Of a stretch of 64,000 nt of DNA, positions 35,950 through 48,457 are shown piece after piece. Each line of letters begins with the position of its first letter. Within the stretch, counting starts at the first letter, position 1. The notes beneath the pieces were generated by a model. It worked only from the letters and a program-made list of their open reading frames with translations. It had not been told where the DNA came from and did not search any database. Source of the stretch: Basidiobolus meristosporus CBS 931.73. Taxonomy: Eukaryota > Fungi > Basidiobolomycota. Both the position numbers and the translations under genes were made by a program. The stretch is from positions 1-64,000 of the forward strand of contig MCFE01000172.1 of assembly GCA_002104905.1 (NCBI GenBank), in the 5' to 3' direction.

Positions 35950-37540
35950 ATGCCTTCAGTACTTGTCTTGGGTGGTGGTAGCTGTGTGGGCCGTAATATC
36001 GTCACTTATCTGGTAGAGAACCAATTGGCAAAGGAGATTCGAGTGGCTGATAAAGTGCTGCCCGAAACGGCCTATTTTTCCAAACGCTGCAAAGATGCCT
36101 TTTCCAAAGTGCAGTATATGCAGGTCAACCTATACAATCCTGGTACATTAGTTCCCACTATAGTTGTCATCTGGGCTTGAGCCTCGGTCGATGTTTTCTC
36201 TAACGATACTCTCGTTCACCTGTGAACTGATAGCTTCCTTGCACCGAGTATTTGAAAGAGAAAGCGGCACTTGGGACTTGGTGTTTAACGTTGGGACCGA
36301 AACCGGCTTTGGGCACAACGAGGCTGTAAGTATTGTTACCGTTTTTCTCGCCGTGGCGGGTGTCAAGTGCTTGTCATGCTACCTGCTGCAGCCCTATTAA
36401 TCGATTTTTGTGTGGGGAAAGATTTACAAAGACCGTATCTATACATACTCGGTCAATTGCGCCAATGAGGCAGTGAAGCACAATGTGAAGTTGTTCGTCC
36501 AGCTTTCCACTGCATCCATCTATGAAAGCGACAAGGTATTTGTTTCTTGCGACGTCCATTGGACTTGGCCGGATAACCAACCCCGATTCCCGCAGAAACG
36601 CAACAAGGAGGATGGCAAACTGAATCCTTGGACCTCAATGGGCAAGCACTTCGCCGCGATGGAGGAGGAGGTTCAGAAAATCCCAGGGTACGGCTTTCTA
36701 GATTTCCGTCTGATCACAAACTCATCCTCACATGCGAATCAGGTTGAATATGGTTATCCTGCGCACAGCGAATATCTACGGTCCGGGTGATATGACATTC
36801 TCCAGTAGGTAGCAACTGCTTCATGTTCAAGCGCCATCCGCTGATCCCCTTCGATAGCTCCCCGCTTTGTGATCGCTCGTGTTTATCAGCATCTAAACGA
36901 GAAAATGACCATGCTTTGGGACAAGGATATGCGAATCAACTCGGTTCATGTTCTAGACGTTGCACGCGCATTCTGGCATGTCTCCCACTGGTACTTGGAC
37001 AACCAGAAATCCGGAATAGAGATCTTCAACCTTTCAGACCCCGGAGACACCAGTAGGGCCCGGCTCCTTTGCATACGAGCGCAATCCATTCATATACTAA
37101 ACACCCTTCCTTCATTTGGCTTATTCCAGATCAATACTCGCTGAACAACGTCCTTGCCGAGGTTTTCGGAATCAAGACCGGTTTCCAAAATGCCTTGATT
37201 TCTACCTTTGCCAAGGTACCTTACCCGTCAATGATCGGATAATGACATCGACCTTACACTTTGCGTTTGTTTTTAGAGTAATCTTGATGTGGTTTTAGAT
37301 GAGATCAACGAAAAGCATCTGAAGCCTTGGGCAGAGCTGCTCAAGGCTTCCGGCATCCATCATACCCCTCTCACACCGTACCTCGACCAGGAGTTCATCT
37401 ATCCCCACGGGATTGCGGTCGATGGCTCCAAAATCACCGAAGTCACCGGATTTGAATATGAGGTGCCTGTCATCACTCCCGAGAGAGTCAAAGAGGTGGT
37501 GCAAGAGTTTCAGGGACAAAACCTGTGGCCGCAGAACTGA
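35950..37540 (+). CDS. NAD(P)-dependent epimerase/dehydratase-family (extended SDR) protein, multi-exon
   Basis: VLVLGGGSCVGRNIV, VQLSTASIY, ILRTANIYGPGD, NSVHVLDVARA, IFNLSDPGDT. Confidence 0.85.
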
Positions 37541-37940
37541 AGCCGTGACTGTGGGGATTCGTCCTTGGTGACCTCAAGAGATCTATGAAGACGATTAATT
37601 ATTGCTATGATTATTTGCTTGTTGTTATGAGCGGCAGGAAAGAATTATTCACTAAAATATTCACCAACAAGACCACCACCACCGCCCTGTTGGGCATGGG
37701 TTGTTTGGAGGGGCCTTTACGGATTGCTGTTTTTCGGTCGCCATCTCCCGCATTCACGGGGACCGGGGATTTTCTTTGAGCAGTTCCTTTATTTTTGAGG
37801 GATTTCTTAGCCACGAATGTACAACATTTCGAAAAGATGTAACTACGGATTTCCCTTGGAGAGTCTCCATCTACTGGATGTCAATAGCAACGATCATACA
37901 AAACAAAGCAGGGATAAATACAGGCGGGACAAGCATTCGA

Positions 37941-40457
37941 TCAGGATGTATGTTGGGTGATATTAAAGGTTCGGGATGTTTGGTCGGGTTTGAGGTTGGG
38001 GTAGAAAGGAGCAAAGTTAGAGCCCATTTGCTCCGGAATGCTATTAGGCGACAACCCGGCATTTTCAACAGCTACAGCTTTCTCGGTGCCCAATGGTGGG
38101 TTGCCAGCGAACCTTAGATCCATTCCACCGTCGTATTGACCTACATAGTCATTCCATTCATCGAAATCGAAGGACAACGGGACATTCCAGATGGGGATGG
38201 AATTCCCTTGGATATTAGAATTGTTGAGCACCTGAGTAAGGCTGCTTTGATTGTTTGCCGACATCTCCGTGATTGTGTTTGTAGGCACAACCGGGTTGAA
38301 GCCGACCTGGGAAATAGAATATGGGCCTGAGGGTGATAGTGTTGTGGGAATCCCGATGGACGGAGATTGGGAGGCGGAGATATACGGTTGCGGAGAGAAA
38401 TCGGAGGTCACCCTTGGATACATATTGTGCTGCATTTGTAGCGTATTTGCGCCAGGGTTGGTGTCAGTGTTTACAGCTGTCAAAGGGTTAACTGGATTTG
38501 GATTCGATTGTGCCACACGAAACTGGTCATTAGGTGGCAAAACCTCCGAGGGGCCACGGTTGCTGGCTTCTGGGGCAGGCTGCTCTGTCTCTTCCTCAAG
38601 CTCCATTCCACGAGCATCAAGAAGATCCTTTAACACCACAAAGTATTTTCCGGCACTTCCCCAGAGCCCCCTCACTCTCTCCAAGATTTTAAGGTTTTTG
38701 CTCAAGCATTTCTTCGCCGGCTTTCTTAGCCAAGGATCGTTGGATGTAGCGTTGATCAGATGAACAGTGCTGGAGGTGAACAGGGGGAACAGCACTAGAG
38801 CAAGGAACTCTTCAAAATCTGGCTTGCCATCGCACGCACCAGCAATCGCTGTAATACTATTTGCGGAAGTGGTGCAAATATGCAAGGATGGGTAGGGCGA
38901 TGGAAGGACCTTGGGTTTGGGCTTGGGGATATATGGACGATGCAGCAAGATCAATGCGTTGTGGTAAAGAATATGAATATACGCTACGAGTGGGGAGGAG
39001 GGCGGGGTTCCCGCAAAATATTCAGACGGCTCGTATTTCATACTACTAGGCAAGGAGATTAGCCAGGTGTGTAGTGCTGAATCGAGCTCCAAGAGGATCG
39101 ACTCGCTTCGGATGGGATTCTCCGTAGACACCCCACGGATAGCATATATATTGTTTATAATGGATCCGATGACCTCATATAGTTTGATAGTTTGTACGAA
39201 CACCTTCATGCAGTAGCCCGCTTCTGGATTGGACATTACTTGTGGTGAATCCAGTTCTTGTGGTGGAATGGTAGGATAGCTGGTGTCACAGTGGCGATCA
39301 TCTATACAGAGCGGTCTACCCATGGATGCGCTAGCCCCACGATCCAATATATAACAGGCCCACCACACTCGTTTGCGAGTCTCTCGAACATTGTTGGATA
39401 GCTGTTGTATTTGCCAGGAATCAGGATTGCGATGCAACCCCAGATCTTCAGCAAGACGAATAGCCATGCCACTATAAATCCAGGACTTGATGCCCCCATG
39501 GGTGATCCGGAAGCAGATTGATAGAAGAATCAGTGCCTGAACATTCTCCAAAGAAGTCACATCATAGGACTCGTTCAGCAACTTCTTTGCTCTGCTATAG
39601 AATACTTCAAAGCGCGCGTTCCCCTTGTGAAGCCACTCTCTCTGGCGAGACAGATTTGAAGATAGCGCGAAAATAGAATTCAGTAACAAACGCGAAACCG
39701 AATTTACATCCACGCGAAGCTGCTCATAAAACTCGGCCTTGTTTAGCAACGGGAAAAAGGGGTTGATATATGTGAAGTAAACTTCAAGCAAATGCTCAAA
39801 TACGAGCGAGGCAGGCAGTAAATCAGAGCTTTCATCGGTGGCTTCATTATTTGTCGTCTCTTGAGTGAAGGAGCGGAAAGAATCGTACGAATCCTCCATC
39901 TTCACATTGTCTTGAAGGAGATAAAATCCAGAGCTACCGCCCATGTATCTTACGCGACCTTGGTCATCAAAGGTCAGTTGACTTGTATCGTCACGCAAGG
40001 ATTCTATAGCGTGATCGGAAACCAGGCTGGGATGAGGACTGTTTTTTGACGAAGTGCTTATGGGGGAATTGTATCCAGACTCTGACGAGTCTTTGCCCAA
40101 CTGAGGAGTCTTAAGATGGTCGTTCAACTTGCTAGAGCGTTGTGAATTGATTATGGCGGTGGAATCGTCAACCTCAATCTTACGAAGCTCTGCCATGATG
40201 TTTTCCGCCACACGGGGATCGCTCTCTGCAAGCCCGCCCAAGAGATGCTCCATGCGATGTAAACGGTTTTCGATGGCTTCGATGTAGCCTTTGGGTGGGC
40301 CTCTTTTTTTGGTAACGTCTAAATATGTACACTCGATATTGAGGATTTTACAGTGACCGCAACAAGGCTGAACACCATCACATCGGACCTTTTTTCGCCG
40401 GCAGTGATCACACGCGCGGCTAACTCGTTGTCTTTTGCTCTCGTCACCACTGGTCAT
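37941..40457 (-). CDS. Zn(II)2Cys6 transcription factor with fungal-specific TF (MHR) domain, intronless
   Basis: RACDHCRRKKVRCDGVQPCCGHCKILNIECTY; YFTYINPFFPLL; GMAIRLAEDLGLHR; RKRVWWACYILDR. Confidence 0.95.
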   Translation of the reverse strand: MTSGDESKRQRVSRACDHCRRKKVRCDGVQPCCGHCKILNIECTYLDVTKKRGPPKGYIEAIENRLHRMEHLLGGLAESDPRVAENIMAELRKIEVDDSTAIINSQRSSKLNDHLKTPQLGKDSSESGYNSPISTSSKNSPHPSLVSDHAIESLRDDTSQLTFDDQGRVRYMGGSSGFYLLQDNVKMEDSYDSFRSFTQETTNNEATDESSDLLPASLVFEHLLEVYFTYINPFFPLLNKAEFYEQLRVDVNSVSRLLLNSIFALSSNLSRQREWLHKGNARFEVFYSRAKKLLNESYDVTSLENVQALILLSICFRITHGGIKSWIYSGMAIRLAEDLGLHRNPDSWQIQQLSNNVRETRKRVWWACYILDRGASASMGRPLCIDDRHCDTSYPTIPPQELDSPQVMSNPEAGYCMKVFVQTIKLYEVIGSIINNIYAIRGVSTENPIRSESILLELDSALHTWLISLPSSMKYEPSEYFAGTPPSSPLVAYIHILYHNALILLHRPYIPKPKPKVLPSPYPSLHICTTSANSITAIAGACDGKPDFEEFLALVLFPLFTSSTVHLINATSNDPWLRKPAKKCLSKNLKILERVRGLWGSAGKYFVVLKDLLDARGMELEEETEQPAPEASNRGPSEVLPPNDQFRVAQSNPNPVNPLTAVNTDTNPGANTLQMQHNMYPRVTSDFSPQPYISASQSPSIGIPTTLSPSGPYSISQVGFNPVVPTNTITEMSANNQSSLTQVLNNSNIQGNSIPIWNVPLSFDFDEWNDYVGQYDGGMDLRFAGNPPLGTEKAVAVENAGLSPNSIPEQMGSNFAPFYPNLKPDQTSRTFNITQHTS

Positions 40458-41901
40458 CGTGAGTATGAGGATATAAAAGGGTTGTAAATTTTTTACCGGC
40501 AATGAGGGATAGGATTAGTCAGGGGAGTTCAAGAAAAAGGGCTCCTGAAAGGTGTACAAGAATTGAACAATAAACAGTTTATAAGATTACTAGTCAACGC
40601 TGGGGCGGAAAACAAAAAGATAGGAAGGGAAGCGTCGGTACACTTCCAACGTCAAGTACAGTAATTAAATAGCAATGTGTCAAAACTTAAGCAGACTCAG
40701 GAATCTTGGATTCATCTAAATACAAATGACCCTCCATGCTTCATTTAGAACCCTGGAAAAAGAACATAATATAAGAATCAAAAAGGTATTTCTAATTTGA
40801 CACTCCTTCAGATGAGGGCAAAAATTTCGGAACTGACAAGATGACCTGTAATCAATGACAGCTATGCAATAACAATCACTCCTAACTAGCTCCACCAACC
40901 AACAGTTTCCAAAACCTTGGACGTGCAAGTGTATCTATTTCGGGAGTCTGCCTGAGTCTTCCTATGAGCAGCCAGGAGCAATGGCGCCACGATTTCAGAT
41001 AGGCCATTGAGAATTATTGGTAGAGAGCTGAACGGATGAAGGATAGATCCCAGATAGCGTCTCTCTGATTGGGATTTTTGTTTAAAAAAGTCAAAACCCA
41101 GTTAGAATACGACAACCCAGATTAACCGTTATAAGAATCGAATCCCATTTTTATGCGCGGATAGATATGGTAGTCGATCGATTCACACCTGCAGAGATTG
41201 CTTGGTTAGGGATGGCAACGACACCGACTGCTAAGCATTATCAACCATAGTTACACGAGCCCTTCGAGCCAGCCATGTACTATATTGGGTAAGCCATCCA
41301 AAATGATAGAAACGTTTGCGGTATTGCCATGATACACGCTCCACACCCGAAACCACTTCAATCCCAGACCGGCTCCCGCATCTGTCAGAATTTCCACTTT
41401 GGCGTTGAATTCATCCGAGTTGCTTCAGATATAGATGCGTGGGTATAGCCAGATTCCGCCATACGAAGCGCATGCACTCGTAGCAATCGTTTTACCTAGT
41501 TTCCCGAATTGTTGGCAAGCGGTAGACGTTCTATCTCTAGACTCCTATGCTGGCACCGATGTCGGTGAGTTTATTATGTAAACCGTGCACTGATCCAGGA
41601 TTATTTAGGCAGCTGTTTTCATCCTGATAAGCTTTCCCTTTCTAGTTTTTGGGGGTCTGATCGCATAGATCAAGAATGGGGCAGCCTTCTTCGTCTGTGA
41701 TCTGCTCATGGCCTATTGGTGGGGGATATGAGCGCAAACGATGGATAATTGGTTTGGACCAAGGCATAGAAATCAACGGATCTATTTAATGAGCAATTAT
41801 AGCAATATAGCTGTTTCGAGAGGTACGTGGTAGTGTGAGGGTGAATTATGTGGGGCAGTAGATAGCATAATATCGTCGTTACGTTCATGGTGTGGTGCGA
41901 T

Positions 41902-44900
41902 CTATGCCAGAATGGAAGCAATCTTCTTTTGCTCTTTGGCGTTCAAATCACGCTCACAAATTTGGATAAAATGAGAGGTATTCTGAGCGACACAGTTACG
42001 GAAGAAATCGCTGAGATAGCTCTTCACGTTGGTCTGGTAGATAGGATCACTGGCCAATTCCGGATCATCATCCTCGTCCTCGAATTCAGCACCATTGTCG
42101 AGCAGCTCAGAGAGGAAATCGTAGTCCTCGGCGGGAGCAAATGGACTTTCGTTTTCGTCATCCTCCCATTCCCCGTCCTCGTCAGATTCTTGGCCTTCCA
42201 GATTCTCGGCTCCACCAAAAGTAGGTTGTTTGGTATACATGCTGTCGATGTCGTTTTGGAATTCAGAGATCAGAAGTTTGACAATCTTTGAAGGCACGGA
42301 GATTGTGGTGTACATGTCAGGATTGGAGCGTGCTCTGGAGCGGGTGACGATTCTGTTGGAGTTGTTGGGGATCAGGTCGCCCTTGACTTGGATTGCCTCG
42401 ATGCGAGGATCGGCTTTGACGAACAATTTCGCCAGCGCCAAAGTGCTAACCTTGATCGCGTAGAAGCCGCTGAAGAATTCGCAGTTATCGCACCAGGCTT
42501 GCATCAAGATATCCAATCCATTTTTGCCATTGATATCGAAGCTAGCTAGGAAATCAACAACTGTATCAGCATTAATATGTATCAAGTGGGCAAAGACCAA
42601 TACTAGTGATTGGACAAATGTGGATGTTTGTGCTTCGGCAAGGCGCAGGGTAACGGCCTTCAAGAGATCAGGAATTATAGGAGATAAGCGATCACCACCC
42701 TTTTGAATCAATTTGGCAATCAAATCGCCTACAAATAGGGCGGCGGACTCGGATTGTGAGGGGTGCAGGAGTTTGGCAATGAACTGGACAACATAGTCGA
42801 GTCCAGTTTTGTTGTGTTCGTCTGTCAAATGGAGGATTTGATCAAAGTCCTTCTGCACAGCGAAGCGAAGGAACTCTGGGCCACTTTGTAAAACATCTCG
42901 GTCCTCGGTAGTCATGAGTACGTTCATGAGGTCAGGAAGCACAGCGGCAATGTAGCCTTGAGGGAGCGGGGAGGGCCCTCCTTTAACTAAGCTAGCAAGG
43001 AGATCTATGGCTGATGGAACGATAGCAGGGTCCTCGCCCGGGTTCCTGATGACATTCATGAGAATAGGAACTGATCTGGATTGAAGGGGACCATAAATCA
43101 ATGGATTGCTTGCCAGGGCCTCAAACAAGTCCATTACAAGTCCGGCGATCAGGTGATCAGCGGGGTATCTGGTCCAAATGTTCATGACCAGAGGACAGAT
43201 AACTCCCTCCTTGGCAGCAGTGACTTCGGGGTTGATCTTGACAGCCGAGAGCAGTGTCTCGAGAACTAAAATCAACGTCTCCTCGGAGGAATCATCAACC
43301 ATCTCTGCAACGCCCTCGAGAATGCCTGCCTGGAAAGGTGCCACATACTGTGGGTCCATGTAGCGGCAGAAGTTCGAGAGTGCCATCAGAGCAGAAACAC
43401 GGATAGGGACAGGCTGGTCCTTTCTGATAGCATTGACGGCAAACGAGATATATTGGGTGGCTAAATCGGCAGGAAGGATCTTGGCAAACTGACTGGCAAA
43501 TACAAAGGCACGGCCTTGCAAGAAATGCTGATCGCCACATTTCATATGGTCCAGCACAACATGGTTGAAAAGGCCTCCGATGTCAAACTGAACGCCGGAT
43601 TTAGGATCCTCTAGACCTTCGATGATTTCGCTCGAGGCTTGGCCAATTGCAAGTAGACAGGCTTCCTGTACCTTCCACCAATTGGGATTGTTGGCAGATC
43701 TTGCGCTGCTTGATTCATCAATATGACGCTGGGCAGCCTCTCCTAAGGAGGTGATGGTTTCCAGTGGATATCTTTCAGTCAATGAGATGAGAAGATCCTT
43801 GGCGGCAATTCTGACGTTGTAACTGAAAGTGTCCTCTTCTTCGTCAGCAACAAATTGGTTCGCGTCCTCCTTCCAAAGTTCTTCCTGATCGTATGTTATT
43901 TGCATATAATCTATGACCACATAAACCAGCTCCTTGATGAAACTAGGGATACCAGCTTTGGAAGAGTTGGAAAATAGGTGCTTCAGGACCTTCTTCCGAG
44001 AGACCAAACTGAGGAATTCGAATTGGGCGTAGATTAGAGAGTCGAAGCCAATGTCTTCGCCGTCAGAGTCTTGGGCAACCTCAACATCGTCAGGAATCTC
44101 AACTTGCTCTTTAATAAACTTCGCCTTCAAGTTGACTAGATCATTCCAAATGGGTTCAATGAATCCAGATAGGTAAGGGGAAATCAACTTCGAAAATCCC
44201 TGGATAGTCAAGTTCAAGGCTTTGACGATCTCCAGCTTAAGTCCGAACTGGCCCGCTTGCTTCTCAACATCACCGGTCACTTGGCTGCTTAAAAGTTTGA
44301 GGAAAGCCTCCATCCAAGTAGGAAGAATAGGCTTGAGATAGCCATCAATGGCAGCAGGATTCTCTTCTTTGACCATGAAGAGCATTTCAATGCAATTTTT
44401 GAAGATAGCTACTGAGCGTGCTCTAGTTCTGTACGAGTAAGCTTCCTCGGATAACAAAATGCGAAGAAGCTCGGGAAACAGAATGGGGGCCAAATGTGGA
44501 AATTGCTGGTCGGTGATGTCGTTACGAGCAAACTCGGCAAATACTCTCATGGCACCGTGAACTTCAGCGGGATTACCATTCTTCAAATTGCTCATCAGTA
44601 GCTCAAACAAAGTAGGCCAGTCTTCAGGCCAGTCCCAATGAGCAATTTTCGATACAACATAGGCAGCTGCAACTCTAATGCGGTTTTCAGCATCAGAAAG
44701 TCCTTGGAAGATAGTCTGTCTAACAAGAGACTTGACCTCAGCATTAGGCTCAGGGCCAACGAATTTCTCTGATTTGGAAGTCCAATGGGTATCTATATAA
44801 TTTTTCAACGTGAGGGCTGCAGATTGTCTTTGGGAAAGCTCACAATCCGGAGAAACCGTCAATTTGGCCAGACTAAGAGGAAACTCTTGGGAGCCACCAA

Positions 44901-44988
44901 GTTCTCTGAGTTTGAGCTCGGCAGCTATACGAACATTTGGGTCAGCAGAAAGGATTTGAAAAAGTGTCTCGTAAACTGCTTGGTCCAT
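41902..44988 (-). CDS. KAP114: Importin-9 (Kap114-like), intronless
   Basis: IBN_N-type N-terminus, IAHWDWPEDWP, EDANQFVADEE, FLQGRAFVFASQF, acidic C-terminal loop. Confidence 0.9.
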   Translation of the reverse strand: MDQAVYETLFQILSADPNVRIAAELKLRELGGSQEFPLSLAKLTVSPDCELSQRQSAALTLKNYIDTHWTSKSEKFVGPEPNAEVKSLVRQTIFQGLSDAENRIRVAAAYVVSKIAHWDWPEDWPTLFELLMSNLKNGNPAEVHGAMRVFAEFARNDITDQQFPHLAPILFPELLRILLSEEAYSYRTRARSVAIFKNCIEMLFMVKEENPAAIDGYLKPILPTWMEAFLKLLSSQVTGDVEKQAGQFGLKLEIVKALNLTIQGFSKLISPYLSGFIEPIWNDLVNLKAKFIKEQVEIPDDVEVAQDSDGEDIGFDSLIYAQFEFLSLVSRKKVLKHLFSNSSKAGIPSFIKELVYVVIDYMQITYDQEELWKEDANQFVADEEEDTFSYNVRIAAKDLLISLTERYPLETITSLGEAAQRHIDESSSARSANNPNWWKVQEACLLAIGQASSEIIEGLEDPKSGVQFDIGGLFNHVVLDHMKCGDQHFLQGRAFVFASQFAKILPADLATQYISFAVNAIRKDQPVPIRVSALMALSNFCRYMDPQYVAPFQAGILEGVAEMVDDSSEETLILVLETLLSAVKINPEVTAAKEGVICPLVMNIWTRYPADHLIAGLVMDLFEALASNPLIYGPLQSRSVPILMNVIRNPGEDPAIVPSAIDLLASLVKGGPSPLPQGYIAAVLPDLMNVLMTTEDRDVLQSGPEFLRFAVQKDFDQILHLTDEHNKTGLDYVVQFIAKLLHPSQSESAALFVGDLIAKLIQKGGDRLSPIIPDLLKAVTLRLAEAQTSTFVQSLVLVFAHLIHINADTVVDFLASFDINGKNGLDILMQAWCDNCEFFSGFYAIKVSTLALAKLFVKADPRIEAIQVKGDLIPNNSNRIVTRSRARSNPDMYTTISVPSKIVKLLISEFQNDIDSMYTKQPTFGGAENLEGQESDEDGEWEDDENESPFAPAEDYDFLSELLDNGAEFEDEDDDPELASDPIYQTNVKSYLSDFFRNCVAQNTSHFIQICERDLNAKEQKKIASILA

Positions 44989-45841
44989 GGCTATCTAGGA
45001 AATGAGTTCAACAGAGGGTTTGAACCTGCTACGACTAAACTACAAGTGGGTTTTTTTCAATCACAAACGTCTGATATATTAGATGGCACTCCAAAAAAAA
45101 AATATAGATTCAAAATTTTTGTAGCACAAACATCGTTCAAACCAATTGTAGCATACTAAATTAATAACATGTTCTCAATGATATTACTGATTGCCTCAGC
45201 CAATTGGATGGCCCACCATATCGAAGTAAATATGTACAAACTCAACGGCGGTTCATATGCCAACCAGCCGACTCCACCGATGGTTACATTATCATTTTCT
45301 AAATGCGTAGGAGTTGATCATCCTTGAATGCATTTGTTGAATTAAAAGTGATCTTGAAAACCAGGGGGCCTCTGAGTCCATCGTTGTTTCTCCAGGACGT
45401 TCTCTGACCCTCACCACTAAGTCCCACCTACTTTCCACGCGGTCTGTAAGCTAGTAGGCTGTTCATTTATACAAGGCTTAATGCTCAGAAGTATCTTTAG
45501 TTTTTGTATAATTCAGAAACAGGCCATAGAAGTATTGTGTTATATGCTAATCGCAGTGGGGACAACTAACAATCTCAGATAGAGCAAGCTGGCATTCTAC
45601 CATTGTAATGCTATCAAGCGATGTTTCAGCTCTGCTCCGCCACATTGAAATCTGTATGTGGTAGATACCACTTGGAATCACTCACATTTCCAAGGAATTG
45701 CCTAACCAGATCGACTGTGTAACATGAAAACTCTATTTGCCAACTTGGGAAGGAATTGGGCCCCCTCAAATTCGAAAATTTTTACTGAAGTGATAATTAC
45801 AGAGACAGCTGTTAATATGCATCTTGAATTTCAGCTATACT

Positions 45842-46822
45842 ATGTCCGCCGAAGTTGAGAATTCACAATTCAATCCAAATGAGGGTTCTTCTTGGAAGTC
45901 TTTCGTGGCCGGTGGAGCAGGAGGTGTTTGCTTGGTATTAGCTGGACATCCTTTTGATTTAATAAAGGTGCGTTTACAAACTGTTGCTAGTCAACAAAGC
46001 ACTTTTAGCTTGGCGAAAACCATTTTGATAAAGGAGGGTCCGAGAGGCCTTTACCGAGGCGTAGTCCCACCCATCATCGGTTCAACTCCAATCTTCGCCA
46101 CCGCCTTTTGGGGTTATGACCTTGGCTTACGCATTATGAGGTATAGTACCGGCATGCCTGCCAATACTCCCAAAGACAAAATGGAGTTATGGAAGATTGC
46201 CGTTGCCGGTGCATTCTCTGCCATACCCACTACCGTCTTACTTGGGCCCGCTGAGCGTGTCAAAGTCATGTTACAGGTTCAAGGATTGAATGGGGAGAAA
46301 TCGTTAGGTACAACAGAGATTGTGCGCAAGATATATCGTGAAGGCGGTATCAGGAGTGTATTTCGAGGTACCTGGGCTACCTTAATTCGAGACGCTCCAG
46401 GCTCTGCAGTTTATTTCGGCGTTTACGAATATCTCAAAAGAGTTGCTACCCCAACGGAACCTGGCAAAGAAGTTAGCGCCCTGTCGATCTTAACTGCTGG
46501 AGGTACGGAATTTCAATTATTTCCGCAATAGAGCGTACTAAATGTATTGAACTAATCTTTGTAAACTTTAGGCGTTGCTGGTATTGCCAGTTGGTTATTC
46601 ATGATTCCTATTGATACTGTGAAGTCACGTTTACAAACTGCAAAGGAAGGCGCCCATTCCGGAATGGTCGATGTTTTTAAGCACTTGATCCGAACTGAAG
46701 GGTACCTCGGTCTTTACCGAGGGATTTTCCCGGTTTTATTGAGAGCTTTCCCTGCAAATGCTGCCTGCTTTGGTGGCATGGAAGCCACGCTCAAGATTCT
46801 CAATTCACTAGAACGCATATAG
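45842..46822 (+). CDS. CRC1: Mitochondrial carnitine/acylcarnitine carrier, 2 exons
   Basis: GHPFDLIKVRLQT, PAERVKVMLQ, RDAPGS, IPIDTVKSRLQ, RAFPANAA. Confidence 0.88.
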
Positions 46823-47472
46823 ATTGAGCAGCCAGTGCACCCTACTCTTTCTTTTTCAACATATAATTCATTCCATCTCATACACTCATATCTTTAGTGA
46901 ATTCTTCGACCAGAGGGAAAACTCCAAATTTGTGAGGGATTCTTTTGAATGATTCAAGCAATCTTTTAGATGTCAGACATATGGAACTCTTGATACTTTC
47001 ATCATCGTACAAAAAATCAAATAACATCACAGTTCCGTATTCCTGAATTATTTTCCAACATTGCAAGCAGACTGAGGCATTGTTGTGGGGGGGGGTAGGC
47101 CTGGTCGATCGATCTCTAGATCTTAGGATTGTGTTCAAAGATCCCATATGGTGTCGTAGTTGGGCTTATACATAATGTGATGTTTATTTAAAGGGAAACA
47201 AGATTTCAATTATAGTTTGAGAGGCTCATCATCTAAAGCTAGACACGAGCAAATTAGTGCTGTGGAGGGAGCGGGTGGAGAACATATGAACGATTAAGTT
47301 TAGAGAATTAAAGGTTGCTCTAAGCAGTGTATTGTTTGCTTTTCTAATAAAAAAAACCGTTTTGTTTGATAAAAAGTTGGTTTAAGCAATGGGAATGAAT
47401 GGGGCCAGCGATTCACTGGAAGATTTAAGTGCTTTGAATGCTACATGTCTTAGCCGACAGGTCAAAGTTAAG

Positions 47473-48457
47473 TTAGATATTGGTATATCTTTTAGTAAAC
47501 GGCACGGAGCTTAAAAAGCTATGATAGTTTGGGTTTAGCATTGGGATAGGCGTGTGGGATAGGCGTGGGACACTCACCTCTAAATCATCAAAGAGTGAGA
47601 GCCTGGGGATCTCTGGTAGGTCGTACGGGTTTAGCGGAGTGCTTAAGCGGAATCCAGACTTTAGCAACTTTGTCGGATTTATGGTTGCTGAACGGTGCTT
47701 GTGTCTGGTATCTTTGCCCTTGGATTGGGTGGCTTTAGATTGGTAAATCTCAATAAGATCCTGCAGGATCTCTGGATTCTCCAGGAGAGTGTTCTTGTTG
47801 AGCTTAGTGGTAGATAAATCCACTTCCGGGTCAAGGGTCTATGAGCGTTGATTTAGTTTTTTTTGATCTCCCTTGAACACATACAACTCTACCCACTGTT
47901 ATCTTTCCAGTAGAAACATCGAAGCTGATGTGTGCAGTATGATTAAAGTTCGTGGGGCTTGAGACACCTTTCATCGGGGAGCGCTACACAATTGGTTAGT
48001 CAGCTTGAAAACCGGAATACAGCGAGAAACAAGCACCTTATAAATCACATCCATCCAAGACCACATTTCTTCGTCCGACTTGAAACTTAGAAACAGTGTT
48101 TTCAGCTCGGTTACCACCTTGATGCAGTAAGTACGACTGTCACTGCGCTCCAAGTCCCGGATTTCTTCGAAAAAAAGGGTCTCTAACGCTTTTTCCTCAC
48201 TCTTTTCACCATCCAGTGGGGGGGGGGTTAATGAAAGTCTTTGAAGAAGTAATTGGATCCATCCTAACCTGCGGCTTGTGAATGGTGATGCAGGTGTTTT
48301 TTATCATCACCAACCGTTTGGACCACAACCAACTAGTCATCCCAGTCCCTCGAATCGACAAAATATCACGTTTGATTGCCTCAATGGCTACGGCATTTTC
48401 GGGAAACTCGGGGGGAATACTTATAGTACTAGACGAAGTCGAAGGATATTCACTCAT
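47473..48457 (-). CDS. Cla4/PAK-like PH-CRIB protein without kinase domain (4 exons)
   Basis: PH: SWLWSKRLVMIK..ERSDSRTYCI..LFLSFKSDEEMWSWMDVIY. CRIB after splicing: VSSPTNFNHTAHISFD. Then ENPEILQDLIEIY; stop at 47473. Confidence 0.75.
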
